Shown: one piece after another, positions 46,426 to 57,900 of the stretch
Position numbering within the stretch: position 1 is the first letter of the stretch
How the letters are laid out: each line of letters begins with the position of its first letter
DNA from: Protoeuglena noctilucae
Lineage: Eukaryota
Direction of reading: 5' to 3'
Assembly: GCA_958009085.1 (NCBI GenBank)
Contig: OY253680.1
Span: 682,001 to 746,000, forward strand
DNA length: 64,000 bases
Notes under the pieces: generated by a model
The model's database searches: none
The model's input: the letters and a program-made list of their open reading frames with translations, nothing else
Told to the model about the DNA's origin: nothing
Translations under genes and position numbers: made by a program

Positions 46426-46977
46426 GCAGCCAGCAGCAGATGCAGATCAAGTCCGAGTTTAGAAGACGAGCTTTGTGGGCCTGCCCACGCCCGGGACCCT
46501 CCCGGCGCGCGGATCTAGCCACGTCCTGCTGTCAGCCATGCGAAGCGAACCACGCGCGGGTCCGTGGCCCGGGTGGTCATCGCTCGCCTGATCCGGACGC
46601 CATTCCTCTTTCTCGATGCTCCGGTGAGTCCAGCGAGGCTGAGGGCTCCCGGGACTGGCCCCTGCCCAGCAAGGCACGTGTGGTCTCTGCGATGCAACTG
46701 ACCCTGGCCCCGATGCCTCGCACAGATGCACGTCAGGCAAGACGATACGCCCACACCACGCACGGGCCGCACAGCTGCTCGGGCCTCCATTTGAAATGTC
46801 TGGCATGACACGTCGGAGAAAGCCAGCTCTCGCCACCGCGGCATTCGCTAAACACACCTTGCTGCGATGCCAGCGCATCGGACGCTAGCGACGCTGACAG
46901 ACAGCCCGAGAGCCCGATCGTCCGGCCACGGGCATAGCTCCGCCACGACCCGTCGCCGGAGGTGGAGGAGCTGAAGA

Positions 46978-47085
46978 GGTCCCGGCCTGCACCCAATGCT
47001 TGCTCTGAAAAACGCCCTGCTGTAGTACCGGTCCTCGCACTTCCAGGACCGGCAGCTCACGGCGCTGTTCATCGCCAACCTGGCC
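46978..47085 (+). pseudogene. Diverged duplicate of a PP4R1-like exon (matches ~43200-43308) with a TAG
   Basis: GCTCTGAAAAACGCCCTGCTGTAGTACCGGTCCTCGCACTTCCAGGACCGGCAGCTCACGGCGCTGTTCATCGCCAACCTGGCC versus the intact exon GCTCTGAAGGACGCCCTGCGGCAGTACCGCTCCTCCCACTTCCGCGACCGGCAGCTCACGGCGCTGCTCATCGCCAACCTGGCC. Confidence 0.85.
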
Positions 47086-47221
47086 ATCCAGCACCCCCAT
47101 TCGCCCATGACTACTTTCAGAGCCGTACTGCAGTACCATCCCCGCGCTTCCCAAGTCCGCTAAGAGGCCTTATTACTGCATCCAGCAGAGCTTCAATCTT
47201 CAGCTGCACCGCATCACACCC

Positions 47222-49397
47222 TCAAACACCCTCCTCCCCACCCTGCGCCTCGTGGGTGGATGATGGTGATGCCTTCGCAATGCCCGTCTCCCGTAGCCAT
47301 GCCTCCATCATCGCCGCCACCTTGCCAGGGCGCTCGTCCATCGGGCTGCAAGGACCGACGGATACTGCTGATGAGACAATGAAAGAGCAATGGCTCTCCG
47401 CATCACCAACCTCTGCGCGATCACCCCACAGCAGCGCTCACCAGTGCCCAGTGCGTGGCAGGGGCGCGGGGGTCACGTCGGGCCTGTCCTCCGCGAGGCG
47501 CGCAAAGGACCTCCCCACGGCACCGGCGAGGGGCGTCCACGGGTCGCACTCTCCCCAGGGCAGCAGCATGGGCAGGGCCAGCGACCGCGAGAGGGGCTCG
47601 GGTCGAGGCCCCGGGTCGTTGCGCCACACGGCTGCAAAGGTGGCCCAGGCGCCCGAATGGGTCGCGGGGTCTCGGAGCACCGCGATGAGCTCCTCCGTCA
47701 CAAGGCTCTGCGAGATGCACTGAGCGCGCCTGTTGCGAGAGGGTGCCATGGCAGGCACACGAGACTCTCTGGCCCCACTCAACCACTCCCACTCAACCAC
47801 TCCTACTCATCACACCTCGTCGTAGTAGCACCCCGACAGCTCCTGTGCCCCGTCACTCTGGCCGTGGATGCCGTGCACTTTGGTAGGCATGCCACCGCTC
47901 AGGCGCATGGTCAGGGCGCGCCGGACTTGCTGCGTAAAGAGGTGGAAGAGAGAGGCGTGAGCAAGTGATGGATGCCTGGGTGTGGCAAGGTGTGTGCAAA
48001 TGCTTCATGCTGAGCACCTGTGGCTGTGAGAATCGGTCGAACATGGCCTTGGCGATGACGGGGTTGCCCAGGGCCAGCTCAAACGCCCAGAAGAAGGGGC
48101 GCAGGACACCTGACCACTGCCTGCGTTAGGCAAAGGGTGCCTGCAATCAGATACACCAGGAGGAGAGAGACACGAGGCAGTGCTCGTCCTGCCTGGTCGC
48201 GCTCTGACCCCTCACCGCAGTTCGTGCTCGTACATGCCACGCTGGTTCATGGCGCCCGGCACGTTCATCAGCACCAGTCCCTGCACCCGCGCACCCCCCG
48301 CGCCCTCCCTCGTGCCCTCCAAGCTCTGCGGGAAGACCAAAGCACAGCATGATAGCGACCATGAGATGTGAGCAACCCTGGATGCGATACAGCTGTGAGC
48401 GCAACGAGAGGCCCCAGCTGCACCAGCATCCGCTCTCTTACCTGCGCCACCATGAGCGCAACGAGAGACCCCAGCGAGTTGCCCACCAGCACGACGGGGC
48501 CCCCCACCACGGACCGCACAAACGCCTCCACCTGAGACGCCCACAGGCCGGGGCTGTAGGGCAAAGCCAGGTCCTTGGAGCTTGCACCGAAACTGCGAGT
48601 CGTTGAAAGATGAAGGAATGGCCATGGCACTGCGCTCAAGGACTCCAATCCCTGTCAGGCACACACGACCATTGCGCATGCCAGACACTGCGACTCTCAC
48701 CCAAGCAAGTCGATGGCATAGACCCTGGCGTGCAGGGACAGCTTGGCGACGAGCTTGCGAAAGTGCGCGGCGCTGGACCCGAAGCCGTGGATGAGGACCA
48801 GGGTGGGGCCTTGGGACCCAGCCACGCCTGAGAGGGACACGAGCCAGGTATAACATAGCTGCAGAGCGCCGGCGCAAGGCGACGGGACCCGTCGCACTCG
48901 TCCCCCTGCTCACCGTACGCCACCTCTTGGCCCTCCCAGCGCCACCGCTTGACCTCGTAGGGCAGCAGCCAGGTGTTGGGGCCGAAGTCCTTGGCCACGT
49001 CGGCCATGACGGCGAGCATATCGGTCCCCGCGACGTCCATCGTCAGCGTAACAGCCGGTCCCAGGGGCCGCGCCTCCAGCTGAGCCTCATCGATGCCCTC
49101 TCGCGTCGCGAGGAAGCCCCGCACGCGCTCCGCAGTTTCTTCATCACATACGCCACCGATGGAGACCGTCACGTGGCGGCGAGCAGAGTTCTCGTTCCGG
49201 TGCAGGCCCGGCAAAATGTGCCGGCCCCTCTCCCTGCGCCCCTCCGTGGTGTAGTATGCCGGCACGTGCCTCCGGGACCTTGCTGACGCGTCACTGTCAA
49301 GGCGATGCGCGAAGGCCGGGCTCCGAGGCGCGAGAGCGGGGCGCCGGCGAATGCGCGCACAACAGCCGGGGCACGGCGCCGTCGCGGCGAACGCCAT
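47222..49397 (-). CDS. Plastid-type alpha/beta hydrolase (pheophytinase-like family), multi-exon
   Basis: GPTLVLIHGFGSS, VYAIDLLGFGAS, VLVGNSLG, GLVLMN, LLPWGECDPWTP and GHCPMDERP. The N-terminus resembles a transit peptide. Confidence 0.88.
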
Positions 49398-49853
49398 CGC
49401 CGGTGCGGCCTCCTGGCTGGCGATATCGGTGGAATGAGTGTCGCTCCGACAAGGCCACAGGTCGAGAGGCGGCCCGTGGCAGCCAGGCGAGGGCCGTCCT
49501 CGTCAGCGAACTTTGCGGCCTTGCGGGTCCGCAACGGGCTCGAATGTGGCCGAGATAGCGCAGCTCGGGTTGCACACCGAAATGCACTGCCTAATGCGCG
49601 ATGTCGTGCGTGTCGAGAGGCGAATCCGGGGATGCAAGCGTGAAGCGTCAGGAGTGCACTTCTGGCGCCAGTGCCCAGCTCTCCGTCCAGGCTGCGCGAT
49701 CGGGCACATCCCCAGAACACGGACCCAATGTGCCCCCACGGCCTGGCATAGCGCGAGATCTCGGCGACCGTTCCAGAACCGCTCAAATCTGCGAGGCCCT
49801 TCGGGCGCAGCGTGGGGCCGCGACCCGGCTGGCGAGTAGCTAAAGGACTCGTC

Positions 49854-50434
49854 ATGGTGAGAGGGACAGCGACAGGCCGACGCGCGACTCTCCCGCTTTG
49901 GAGATGTGCGGGCTCACTGCCTCGCTCCGTCGCAGCGACGATGACGCGTCCACGGTCGCTCTCGTCGCGCATGCGCCGGTGCTACCTCTGCCCTCCTCTC
50001 TCGCGCAGACGGACAAGGCGAAGGAGGGCCCCAAGTCCACGGAGGAGCTGACGGCATTCGTCGACGACCTGCTGTCCCAAATGGCGAGTCGCTGCGACGC
50101 TCCTGCACCGCCACGGCCATAATGGCATGCTTCACATCGCACTTGTTCCTCACAAATGCAACTTTTCAATACGTCTGCAGCAAACCAAGTTCGAGCACAT
50201 GAGCGAGTCGATCGTGGGGAAGATCGACGATATGAACGCGCGAATCGATGACCTGGAGCGTTCCTTGGACTCGCTCATTCACCAGGCGATGCACGTGGGG
50301 CAGGTGCGTCCGGCTGCTGTCGATGCAGGGGTTGTGTGCGCAGCCAAAACCCAACTCTTGGCGGGAGCTGTCAACCCATATTCTGATCAACTGCTGCTCT
50401 GCTGCGATCGCAGGATACCAAGGAGAGCAAGTGA
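49854..50434 (+). CDS. HSBP1: Heat shock factor-binding protein 1
   Basis: STEELTAFVDDLLSQM/QTKFEHMSESIVGKIDDMNARIDDLERSLDSL. Exons 49854-49856, 50009-50083, 50181-50303 and 50414-50434. Confidence 0.92.
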
Positions 50435-50861
50435 TGCGGCGCCACCTAGCTTGACTGGTCGTATGCACGCAGATGGCCGCCCATTTTGTGTTCACTCGCT
50501 GGCATGAGTCATTCATGGCTTTTCTCGTTGCCCCATCTGGTGCCATCCGCCTGTCGGGAGCGCAGCAGGCTTCCCTGCTGTGACCATCTCTGCATGTGAT
50601 AGCGTGAGCGTGTGGCTCAAACCAGCCTCAGCACGCCTGCATTTCAACAAGAAAGCTCGCTGGCAACACAGCGGTCGGTTAACGCTGACCGTCGATCGTC
50701 CAAAAGGATCATCGCATCGACGAGGGCCAGCTGCAAGAATGAGGGTCCGCGGATGCCAGGATCGATGGCCCGCCCTCCACGCGACTCCTGCCCTGCTGGA
50801 CGTCGCGCCCGTTCACAGTCGATCGCCTTGGATCGCAGTCACCTCGATCCGTCGCTCGGAG

Positions 50862-51405
50862 ATGCCTCTGCCGGCGGCGGCGGTGCAGAGCGCAAACAAG
50901 GCACGGGTGATCCGCCGGAAGATCATCGGCATCCGGCACCTCTTCCGCGCGAACAGACAGGAGGTCAGGGACAGGAGGCTGGAGCGCATCGAGCACCTGT
51001 CCTGGTGAGGCGCGTGTTGGGATGGCCGTGTCTTCTGCGGGTCCTCTTGCTCACCACCGTCGCTCAGCACGCTCTGCAGGATTCCCCTTCTCTTCGCGGG
51101 TGGTCTCGTCTACTACGAGGTCAGCGCCAGCAACGAGAACTACAAGCGCTCCCTGGAGAAGGGCGGGTCCGTCTGGGACCACTTCCCTCGCCTCCCGCTT
51201 CCCAGGTGCGCCCGATGCGATGCGGCCCTGCTTCGTTCGTGCGTCAGCAGTCGTTGCTTATCTATCGAACCGTTCGATCCGGGATCGCCCTGGTCGCAGC
51301 GTGAGCCTGGACTCGGTCCGCGACGCCGTGCGCTCCGTCCTGAACCGCGTGGCGTACGGGCCGTCCCCTGCGCAGCGCACCGAGCAGGACAGGCCATCGA
51401 ACTGA
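50862..51405 (+). CDS. Small 124-aa protein with a basic N-terminus and one short hydrophobic segment, 3 exons
   Basis: Exons 50862-51004, 51080-51205 and 51300-51405 join in phase with canonical GT-AG junctions. Hydrophobic segment WIPLLFAGGLVYY. Confidence 0.7.
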
Positions 51406-51447
51406 GGATCGCGCGCGGCGGCAGGTGGATTCCGCGGCGGCGCGCCC

Positions 51448-51828
51448 ATGCAGGAGCCGGCGCTCGCGGGGCTGTTCGCGTTGCAGGGCGTGATCGCGGG
51501 GGCTTCGGAGCAGCTCCTCGCCATTGGTTCCATCGCTCACTCGAAGCGGTCCAAGTCCCGCGGGGGTCCCGCGGCCTCCCCGGGCCTCGCGGGCCTGCTG
51601 ACGAGCCCAGCGTTTGTGGCGGGGCAGCTGGGCATCCTCGTCGCCACGGCGCAGTACAACTGGCTCCTCCCCCTCTGGACGATGGCCAAGGCCGACCCAA
51701 TCAGCAAGGTCTTCTTCCTCCTCTCGTCCACGACCATCGAGCTTGCCCGTGGGGGCCACTACCGCTACTCCCTGCTGGTCCCCGGCCTGGCCCTCCTGAT
51801 CGCCGGCGCCGTCCTCTGCTCCCTCTGA
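51448..51828 (+). CDS. TMEM234-like (DMT/SMR-fold) small membrane protein, single exon
   Basis: 126 aa with about four hydrophobic helices. Layout resembles TMEM234 (LAGLLTSPAFVAG, ADPISK, PGLALLIAGAVLCS). Codons are strongly GC3. Confidence 0.7.
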   Translation: MQEPALAGLFALQGVIAGASEQLLAIGSIAHSKRSKSRGGPAASPGLAGLLTSPAFVAGQLGILVATAQYNWLLPLWTMAKADPISKVFFLLSSTTIELARGGHYRYSLLVPGLALLIAGAVLCSL

Positions 51829-51934
51829 CGCAACGCAGAGCACTCCAGACCTTCCGGCGCCTCTCTGAAGCGTGTCACGCTCGCACGGCGCTCCTGCAGT
51901 GGTGCTGTGGGGCGGACGCTGAGGAGCTCCCAGG

Positions 51935-54900
51935 ATGGCAGGGCCGCGGCAGGGTGCCGGACACGCCGGCGGGGACCTGCTCGAGTCGCTGGCGGGCGAC
52001 AGCGGGCTCACCCCCGACGAGCTGGTGCAGTGGCTGATGCTGGCGTCGCAGGCGGGTGGGGATGCGGCGGGTGTCGGTGACTCCCAGGCACAAGCAGACG
52101 AGGCCAGGCGCGCTTTGCAGGCGCGGCTGGCGAGTCTCGGGATGCCGGGCGGCGCGGAGTTGTCAGCGGGTGGAGTCTCGGGGATGGAGGGCGCATTGGG
52201 AGATGGAGCGATCGGCGCCGATGCCGGTATGGGTGTGCCAGATGCGCCATCGTGGGAAAATCCGGGCGATGGCGAGTTGCCGAGGGTCTGGGAACCTCCA
52301 GAGAACGGGGCGGAGTTGCTGGGCGAGGACTTTGGGCTTCCGACGGCGGGGGCGGGCGTGTGGGGGCGGGGCGGGGCCTTCCTGGAGGGTTCGGATGAGG
52401 CAGGGTCACTGCCTGATTACGTGGTGGCAATGGACAGGGTGCAGGTGAGTGGGATGGTGTTGGTGGCGGTGGACCCTGTGCGTGCTTGTAGAGTGCATGG
52501 TTTTTGGCAGTGAAACGTATTGCCAAGGACGTCCTTGCTCCCCATCTCTACTCGCAGCCCATGGTGCACCGCGTCTTGGACCCCTCCTCCACCCGTGAAA
52601 TCCTCTCGGCCTCTCTAAGCGACCTCAAGAGCTGCCTGGAGTCCTTTAGTCCCTCAGCCGCCCAGGCGTGCGCCAGCTACGTCGCATTGGGACTCGTCTT
52701 TCTCATCGACAACGCCACCGCCAAGACGTGAGTGGAGCAGTCACTGGTACACAGTCATCTTGGCAACCGATGCTGCAATCATTGCTGCGATTCACGCTTC
52801 AACTGTCATGTAGTCCCTGCCGTGCAGTCAGCCCCGCTTCAGTGCACCCTCGCAGGTCCGATCGCGAGCAAGCCAAGGCCAGACCGGGCCCGGCAGCGGT
52901 GGACGCGGCTCTGCAGTGCCTAGAGACGCTGTTCTGCAAAAGGTGGCGTGCTGAGGGTGCTGCGTCGACGCTCCTGCAGCGGCTGGGGGCCGTGATTGAG
53001 GCAGACAGGGACTGGCTGGGGGAGCACGCGCGCCTGGCTGCCCTGCGAGTGATGGCGGCGCTGCTGGGGGAGGGCCAGGGCGGTGGCACAGAGGGCGAGG
53101 GGCGCAGGGGTGCGGAAGAGGATCCGGGAGAGGTGCGGTGCAGCTCATGACATGCGGCTGCATATATCCGTTTCCTAGCTTTTCTTGGGACCAACTTTCA
53201 CCGCCCGTTCATCATGTGTACCACTGTCCCTCTCTTCTCTGCTCTCAGGACCTGTTAGACGTCCTCGCTGCCCCGCTGCAGTTCGGCAACGACGCTTTAG
53301 CCAGGCACGCCACCCCGTCCGCCCCGCTGTCCCTGGAGCTGACCACGGACAGCGCCATGCCGGTGGTGGGGTTCGCACTCTCAGGTGAGCTGAGAGGCAT
53401 ATTGATGAACGCTGGGGCTGGCTTGCTACGATCGGGGCATGGTCACTTGTTACGGGGCTCCGTCATCATCAGCACCCCTCCCTACCCTCTACCCAGCTCT
53501 TTTGTCAGTCTCCCACCCCTCATTCCCTCCTCCCACGCAGCGCTGTTGCAGTGCGCGGTGCAGGAGACGGAGTTGGGGCGCAGGGGCAGCCCAGAGGTGC
53601 GGAGGGCGTCCCTGCGAGTGGCACGGTGAGTGCAAGAGAGAAATGCCACAGGACATGTGCATGGACAGCCCTGCGACGGTCACCACAAAGCACACAGCAG
53701 CTGCCATATCGCCTCAGCGTCGCTAGTAGCGCTTCTACCGACTACGATAGGTGGACCCGAGTAAGTTGTAGAGTCATAGAATGTGGCGATGCCAACCACG
53801 ATCCCACCTTCCCTGTCCGCAGTCGTCTCATCGTCGCTGTGGACAGCGCGGACGTCACGGCGGCCTTCCTGCCCGGGACCGTGTCAGGTCTGACGCGTGT
53901 CATCGTGGCGGCCACGGGCGGAGTGCGCCCGAGCGCTGCGCCCGCCGAGTTGGTTGGGAAGGAGGCGGTGGCTGAGGCGAGTGAGCAGTGTGGATCAAAA
54001 AGGGTGTCTCTGTGTTGCATGGCACTGCGTTGTGCATACATGCTATTTGCCTCTGCTTTGCACCTCCACAGGCCCTCACCACGCTGTCCCGCGCCCTCAC
54101 CTGCACCCTTGGGTCTGAGGCCCTGCCGGGAGCCGTGCTGCGGGAAGTGTGGGAGCAGCGTGGCGAAGTGGCGGCATCTGGAGGGGCGAGCCAAGCAGCT
54201 GAGGGGATGAGGGGCGATGCACCAGGGCAGGAGGCGGGGGATGGGTCGATGGCAGCGGCTCTGCAGGCGCTGCAGGGGCTGGCGCTGGGAGAGGGGCGGG
54301 CGAAGGGGGTGGAAGGCTCGAGTGCTGCTGGGGAGGGGAGGAGTGAGCGGGGCGAGCGTGGGCGGGGCGATGCTGCCGGCGGGGATGGCAGCGGTGCGGG
54401 GCGCGGCAAGGACGGTGCAGCTTCGCTGGTGGTGACGCGGGACGCTAGTTGGGTCATGGAAACGACCAAGAGGATCGCGACGTGCCTGGGAATGGTGGTG
54501 CCGAGGGGGACAGGGCACCCGTCCCGACGCGTGCGCCGAGCGGCGGCCGAGATGTGCGGGGCACTGTTGCGGGTGCGTATTTGCAAGGCGGCTGCGGATG
54601 CCGGTGTTGGTAGCAATCGCAGTAATTGATTGATCTCAGGTTGCTCTCCCTCTCTTTCGCCTCCGCAGCAATGCCCCGTCACCCTGGCGCCCTCCGCGCC
54701 TCTCCTGCTGGGCGCCCTCCTGACACTGTGTTCTGACAGCGATGCGCCAGTGGCGGCAGCGGCCGCGGCAGCCGTCCGGGGCCTGAGGGTGTTTGAGGGC
54801 CAGCCGCATGAGGTGGCGGCGAAGGAGGAGCCGCGAGACAAAGAAGGGACCGGCGCTGGCGACGAGGACAACGAGTGGAGGGGCGGGGAGGTCGCGGGTG

Positions 54901-57900
54901 AGATGGAGTGTGATGAAGGAGTGATGATGCTGCCTCACTTCTTCTGCCTGACTCGTTGATGAGTGGACATGCTGAGTAGTCGACATGGATTGACTGACTG
55001 ACTGCCAGATAAATATTTGACAGGAGTTATAACCATCCAACACCGTCCCGCCTCGCACACAGATGTCCTGGCGGACGACGGCCTCTTCCCCGGACTTGAC
55101 TTCGACGTGAAGCAGCTACTGGCGGGGAGCGAGCCCGGAATCAAGGGCCACGGTGACAGCCAGGCATCCGGCAAGGACCCGGCAGATGCAGAGATCGACG
55201 TGGGTATGGACGGGGAGGTCGGTGTGCCCATGGCAGACAGGGAGGGCGACGAGGCGCTGGGTGCTTATGGCGCATACGAGGACATGGCGAGGGAGCTCTT
55301 GGGGGCCGGGGATGTTGACGGTGACGATGCTGAGCTGGGATGGGGCGCGGGCGACTCCGCTCTGGGCCACTCCGACAGGAAGCCTGGGGTTGGAGGGCCC
55401 CGTGCCAGCGATGCGCCTGTGCCCGTAGCTGCCGCGGCGAGCGCCAAGGGAGGGGCGGCGGCGTGGGGTGGGGTGGCGGGGCAGGCGGTGCCATGGCTGG
55501 TGCTGTGCGGGATGATGGAGGAGATGTGGGAGGCGATGCCAAAGGCGGCGTTGGGATCTGCGGATGCCGTCGAGAAGCTCTGCGGGAGACTCGCGGCGGC
55601 CATGCGGGTCGCGGGGGCCCGCCGCATCAGTGAGGCGTTTCTGGCGGACCCGGTCAGGGCTGGGAAGGTCCTGCGGGCCGTGGAGAGGACCCTGGTGAGC
55701 GGGACAGTGCATGGGGTGGTTGGTTGACTCACAAACACTGATTGGCTGACTGTGCTGGTCGGTTGCCCCACCATGGCATTACATTTGATCCGCCACGCTC
55801 CACTGCCCCACACAGGTCTTTGACGCCAGCACCGCCGCCCTCCTGCTCCACTCGACCCCCGACCCGGGTACCTGGGCCGCTCTGCGATCCGGCCACGCCG
55901 GGGATCGATTCCACACCGAAGGGGCCGATGCAGCGCCGCCCGCCACCGCCGGCGCCCCCCGCCTGCCCCGCATGCCCCCTGGGCTCCTCTACCTGCACAC
56001 CAAGTCGTCCTACGCGGCTCTCGCACACGTGCTGCGGTGTCTGGGGAGGGCAGGGGCCCTGGCAGCCCGCCCCGTGGGCCAGGCAAGGGGCGTGGGGCTC
56101 CCCAAGGCATTGCCGTCCTGTCGTAAAACACCAGCAAGTGCGGCGGGGTCGGAGGGCCTCGCAGCGCTTCACGACGCCTTGCTGACGAGGCTGTCGGGGG
56201 CCATGACCCGGGGACGGTCTCAGAGCGCGGACGTGGGCGGCCTGGCGGGTGGGGCGCCGTGGCAGTGTACGGCAGCGACGTGGGTGGTGGCGATGGCGGA
56301 GGTGATCCATGGGGCATCGGCTGCATGGGAAGAGGACACGGCTGTGCCTTGGAGCGACACGACGGGGATCGCAGGGGCGGGGGACGTGCATGGGGTCGAG
56401 AGGGTGCAAGTAAGCAGCGTGGGGTTGGAGGCAATGGGTGCGGCGTTCGTGGGTGCGATGTTTGGAGAGGACGGAGGGGTGCAGGAGTTGGCGACCAGTG
56501 CGGCTGGGCCAACAGAAGGAGAAACAGGCGAGGGCAGGCTTGAGTGGCAAAGCAGATGTACCTGCGTGGGTGATACCGAGCATGGATGCGCGTGGCAGAC
56601 ATGATGCTCACTTGCTCATGCGTTCTCCACCTGCAGATGACCCACCGCCCCCTCCGCTCTCGGCCCACGCCCTGGGCCTCAATGCCTTGGTCCTCCGCGT
56701 CTGCCTGGAGGCCTGCGGGGCCCTGGCGCGGTCGATCGGCCCCGCGTTCCTCTCCCACGCGAGGCTCTTGCCCGCCTGCCTCCTCCCCATGGTAGAGCGT
56801 ATCGACGACCCCTCCTCCGCCGTGGCGGGTGCTGCGAGGGCAGCGCTCGCCGCCGTCTGCGCCGCGGGCGGCCACGGGTCCCTCCGCGCCCTGCTCTCCG
56901 CCAACGCCGACTTTGTGGTGGACCGCGTCTGCGCCCGCATTCGCGCAGCTGCTGGAGGGGCCAGCCGCGGCCGCGCGGGTCCATCGCCGGCGCAGCTGCT
57001 GGCCTCGCTGCTGGGCGCTTCCGGCGCGGCGCCCGACCTGCTGCCGCTGCTGGCAGAGCCGGCGCAGGCGGCGATGCGGGGCGTGGCGGTGCGGATGCGG
57101 GCGGCGAGGTTCGAGGACGCTGCGTTGTACCTGGAGGCTCTGTTGCACGTGGCGAGGGGCGCAGAGGGGGAAGCGCGGCGGGTGCGGGAGGAGGCAGAGG
57201 GCGGCGACAAAGGACGCGGTGATGGGTCGAGTCTCGGGTCCCCTGACATGCCCAGCGGGGAGCGGGGTGGCGGAATCGGTGTCACCGGGTCGGTTCGCGT
57301 GGCAATGGCCCGGCGGCGGACCACGTGCGTGGCCTGCGCCAAGCTGGCGACGGCGGTGGTGGACGCCTGCGGGCCTTTGGCGGTGTCGACCTCACCGCGG
57401 ACGGCCGTGGCGGCCATGGAGGCCTGCGAGCACGCCTTGGCGGCGCTGTCGGACGCCGGGAGGGCGCACGCGGCAGATCGCGCGCGGCAGGAGTCGATGG
57501 TTGGGTCGCAAGAGCGGGGGCCGGAGGTGGTGGGACCGTCCGAGGAGGTCCCGCAGCTGCTGCCGAGCGTGCACGCGCTGTGGTACCCGCTGGCCCACGC
57601 GCTGCGGGGTCCCTCAGTCGCGGGCACCGAGCGCGCGCTGTCCTGCCTGGCCCATGCGGCGGCCGTGTCCGACGGTGCGTTTCTGGCACGGCGGATGGCC
57701 ACGGAGGCGTGGCCGGCGGTGCGGCACCTGCTCGCGCACGGCGCGCCTATGTCGGCGGGGGCGGGGCCGGCGGAGGTAGGTGCGGGGCTCGTGCGGGGTC
57801 CCCAATGGTCCTTCCCGGCCAAGCGCGGTGCCAAGAGCAGTCGGCAGTCGTTGCAAGGTGCTGGTGGTGGTCACACGACCCTGGAGTCTCTGGCGGTGAC

